Assembly (NCBI GenBank): GCA_051746725.1
Contig: JBNJFI010000020.1
Location: 1-27,915, forward strand
DNA from: Fusobacteriota bacterium
Lineage (GTDB): Bacteria > Fusobacteriota > Fusobacteriia > Fusobacteriales > JBNJFI01
Length of the DNA: 27,915 nucleotides
Direction: 5' to 3'
Within the stretch, counting starts at the first letter, position 1. Every line of letters starts with the position of its first letter. A model generated the notes under the pieces. That model was not told the DNA's origin. It was given only the letters and a program-made list of their open reading frames with translations, and ran no database searches. Below are positions 25,873 through 27,915 of the stretch, one piece after another. Position numbers and translations under genes: made by a program.

Positions 25873-26889
25873 GTGATGATTATAAAGGCAAAGGAGAAAT
25901 TATTTAAATTCTTAAGTACTTTTTTTAAGGAAAACCAAAAAGATAAAAAAGTAAAAATAGATAAAGAAAAGATAAAAAAGGTCTTGCTTATTAGACAAGA
26001 TGATAGAATAGGGAATCTTTTATTTATAACGCCTTTAATAACAATGGTTAAAAGGGAGCTAAGTTGTGAATTAGATATTATTACAGGAAGTAAATTTTCT
26101 AAAATAATGGAAAATAATCCCAAAATTAGATCAGTACATCCATATAACAAGAGAACTTTTTTGAAAAAACCATGGAAATTTTTTAAGTTTATAAATAAAA
26201 TGAATAAACAAAAGTATGATTTGATAATAGATTGCAAAGGAGGATTTTCTTTTAATAATGCAATCTTAACCTTAGCAATAAAGGCAAAATATAAGATAGG
26301 CTATGAAAATAAAATGAGTCATTTATATTTAGATAAAACTACTGGAAAATATGATAATATAAATGAAATACATGAAACACAACAACTTTTAAAACCTTTT
26401 GTAGATACATTTAATAAAGATGATTCAGATATTCCATCTATGGAATACTACTTTGATTCTGAAAAAGATGTAAAGCAAGAGAATGTTATTTCAATTCATA
26501 TTGGCGGACGTGGAAAGAAGAGTTTAGATTTAAATTTTATAAATAAATTTATTGAAAAAAGTGATAAAAAAGTATGGATATTATATGGTCCAGATGAAGT
26601 AAATAAAGTCAAAAAAGTAAAAAATTATAAAAATATAAAAAAAATACTTCCTGAATCAATAGATGACCTGGCTAAGTATATTCAAAAAAGTAAACTATTT
26701 ATTACCCCGGATACGGGACCTTTACATATAGCTTCAGCATTAAATAAAGATATTGTTGCTATATTTTATAGTAATAGATATTTTAGATATGGACCTAAAA
26801 CAACAGGGAGAAGTTTAGTAATAGAAGCTGAAGGTTTAAATGAAGCAGATATAATAGAAAAGGTTGAAAATTTTGAAATGGAGGAATAA
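25873..26889 (+). CDS. Glycosyltransferase family 9 (ADP-heptose:LPS heptosyltransferase-like)
   Basis: LIRQDDRIGN, YDLIID and ITPDTGPLHIASA motifs; start is GTG 25873 or ATG 25876. Confidence 0.88.
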   Translation: MMIIKAKEKLFKFLSTFFKENQKDKKVKIDKEKIKKVLLIRQDDRIGNLLFITPLITMVKRELSCELDIITGSKFSKIMENNPKIRSVHPYNKRTFLKKPWKFFKFINKMNKQKYDLIIDCKGGFSFNNAILTLAIKAKYKIGYENKMSHLYLDKTTGKYDNINEIHETQQLLKPFVDTFNKDDSDIPSMEYYFDSEKDVKQENVISIHIGGRGKKSLDLNFINKFIEKSDKKVWILYGPDEVNKVKKVKNYKNIKKILPESIDDLAKYIQKSKLFITPDTGPLHIASALNKDIVAIFYSNRYFRYGPKTTGRSLVIEAEGLNEADIIEKVENFEMEE

Positions 26890-27915
26890 TGGAATATATT
26901 AATACTAACATAAAACGAGCAGCAGGATATTTGAAGTCATATATACCATTGATAATAGTAAATTTAACTTTAGGTGTGCTTTCGGCAGCTGCAGTAGCAG
27001 CTCCTGTATATGTAATTCAAAACCTAATTGATGATACATTAAATGGAAAAGATTACGAAAGATTATTACTTATATGTGGAGGACTATTTCTATTATATTT
27101 AGTAAAAGGTGTAGTTTTTTATTATCAGTCGTATACTTCTGAAAAAATATCCAGCGGAATTGTTTATGAAATAAGACAGGAGTTATATGAAAATTTACAA
27201 AGATTGTCTTTAAGATATTTTTCTAAACTAAAAATAGGAGATATAATTTCAAGATTTTCTAATGATTCTCAAAAGTTTAGAGATTCTCTAATATCTCTTT
27301 CGGGATCAGTAGTAAAAATATTTACAATATTATTTTTATTGGGAAAAATATTTCTGATAAATTGGAAATTATCCTTAATTACTTTAATATTTATACCACT
27401 TTTGGCAAAAGTTGCAAGAAGTTTTGCTAAAAAATTATATAAAACAGGGGGAGAAATTCAAAGGAAGATAGGAAAGTTGACTACTTATTTACAAGAAACT
27501 ATTTTAGGGATAGCAGTTATAAAGGCGTTTGCTAAGGAAGATATAGCTATTGAAAATTTCAAAAAATTAAATAAAAAAAATTATGAAGCTAGAATAAAAA
27601 ATATAAAAGTTTCGGCTAGAGTAACTCCATTAATTGATCTATCTAATGTGATATCTATTATTATAATTTTATTATTTGGAGGATATGAGGTTATAAAAAC
27701 AGGTAGTATGACCACAGGAGATTTCATGGCCTTTTTATTAGGGGTAGGATTATTATCTGATCCATTAAGAGTTTTAACTAAAACATATAATAAATTAACA
27801 ACTAATCTAACTGCTCTAGAAAGAATTTTTGAAATATTAGATAAAAAACCTGAAATCCAAGAGAAAGAAGATGCAATAAGATTGGAAAACGTTGATGGCA
27901 AGATCGATATAAAAA
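26889..27915 (+). CDS. ABC exporter, MsbA-like (partial; runs off the window)
   Basis: Absent from the ORF track because it has no stop in the window. ATG overlaps the previous stop (TAATG). My translation gives MEYINTNIKRAAGYLK...IRQELYENLQRLSLRYF...GDIISRFSND...ALERIFEILD, an ABC transmembrane domain; the ATPase domain lies beyond the window. Confidence 0.88.
   Translation, partial: MEYINTNIKRAAGYLKSYIPLIIVNLTLGVLSAAAVAAPVYVIQNLIDDTLNGKDYERLLLICGGLFLLYLVKGVVFYYQSYTSEKISSGIVYEIRQELYENLQRLSLRYFSKLKIGDIISRFSNDSQKFRDSLISLSGSVVKIFTILFLLGKIFLINWKLSLITLIFIPLLAKVARSFAKKLYKTGGEIQRKIGKLTTYLQETILGIAVIKAFAKEDIAIENFKKLNKKNYEARIKNIKVSARVTPLIDLSNVISIIIILLFGGYEVIKTGSMTTGDFMAFLLGVGLLSDPLRVLTKTYNKLTTNLTALERIFEILDKKPEIQEKEDAIRLENVDGKIDIK

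Overview
This is an AT-rich bacterial chromosomal segment with every credible gene on the + strand. The organism is a diderm (LPS genes, TolC/RND) and probably an anaerobe; RecA, RecX and the regulator C-terminus look Fusobacteriota-like to me (inference). From left to right: (1) a redox/oxidative-damage cluster: two small uncharacterised genes, 2-oxoacid:ferredoxin oxidoreductase alpha/beta, nitroreductase, msrA, msrB and an Ogg2-type 8-oxoguanine glycosylase; (2) an autoregulated TetR-TolC-MFP-RND efflux operon ending in a small PII-like gene; (3) recA-recX, a dGTPase-like gene, a degenerate NtrC-like regulator and a degenerate SelA homologue; (4) tRNA-Leu(TAA), tRNA-fMet and tRNA-Met; (5) a tandem HD-GYP phosphodiesterase heading an LPS core/ligase cluster that ends in an MsbA-like ABC transporter cut by the window edge. 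The most striking unannotated signals are three. First, a 264-bp non-coding MITE-like element (17-bp terminal inverted repeats, exact 12-bp target duplication) carries an inverted pair of REP-like hairpins with compensatory changes, and a second copy's end lies at 1-45. Second, an exported superoxide-reductase-like protein is paired with a mini heme-b-type membrane protein. Third, two adjacent genes look like pseudo-enzymes. All protein calls are motif recognition by eye, not database searches.
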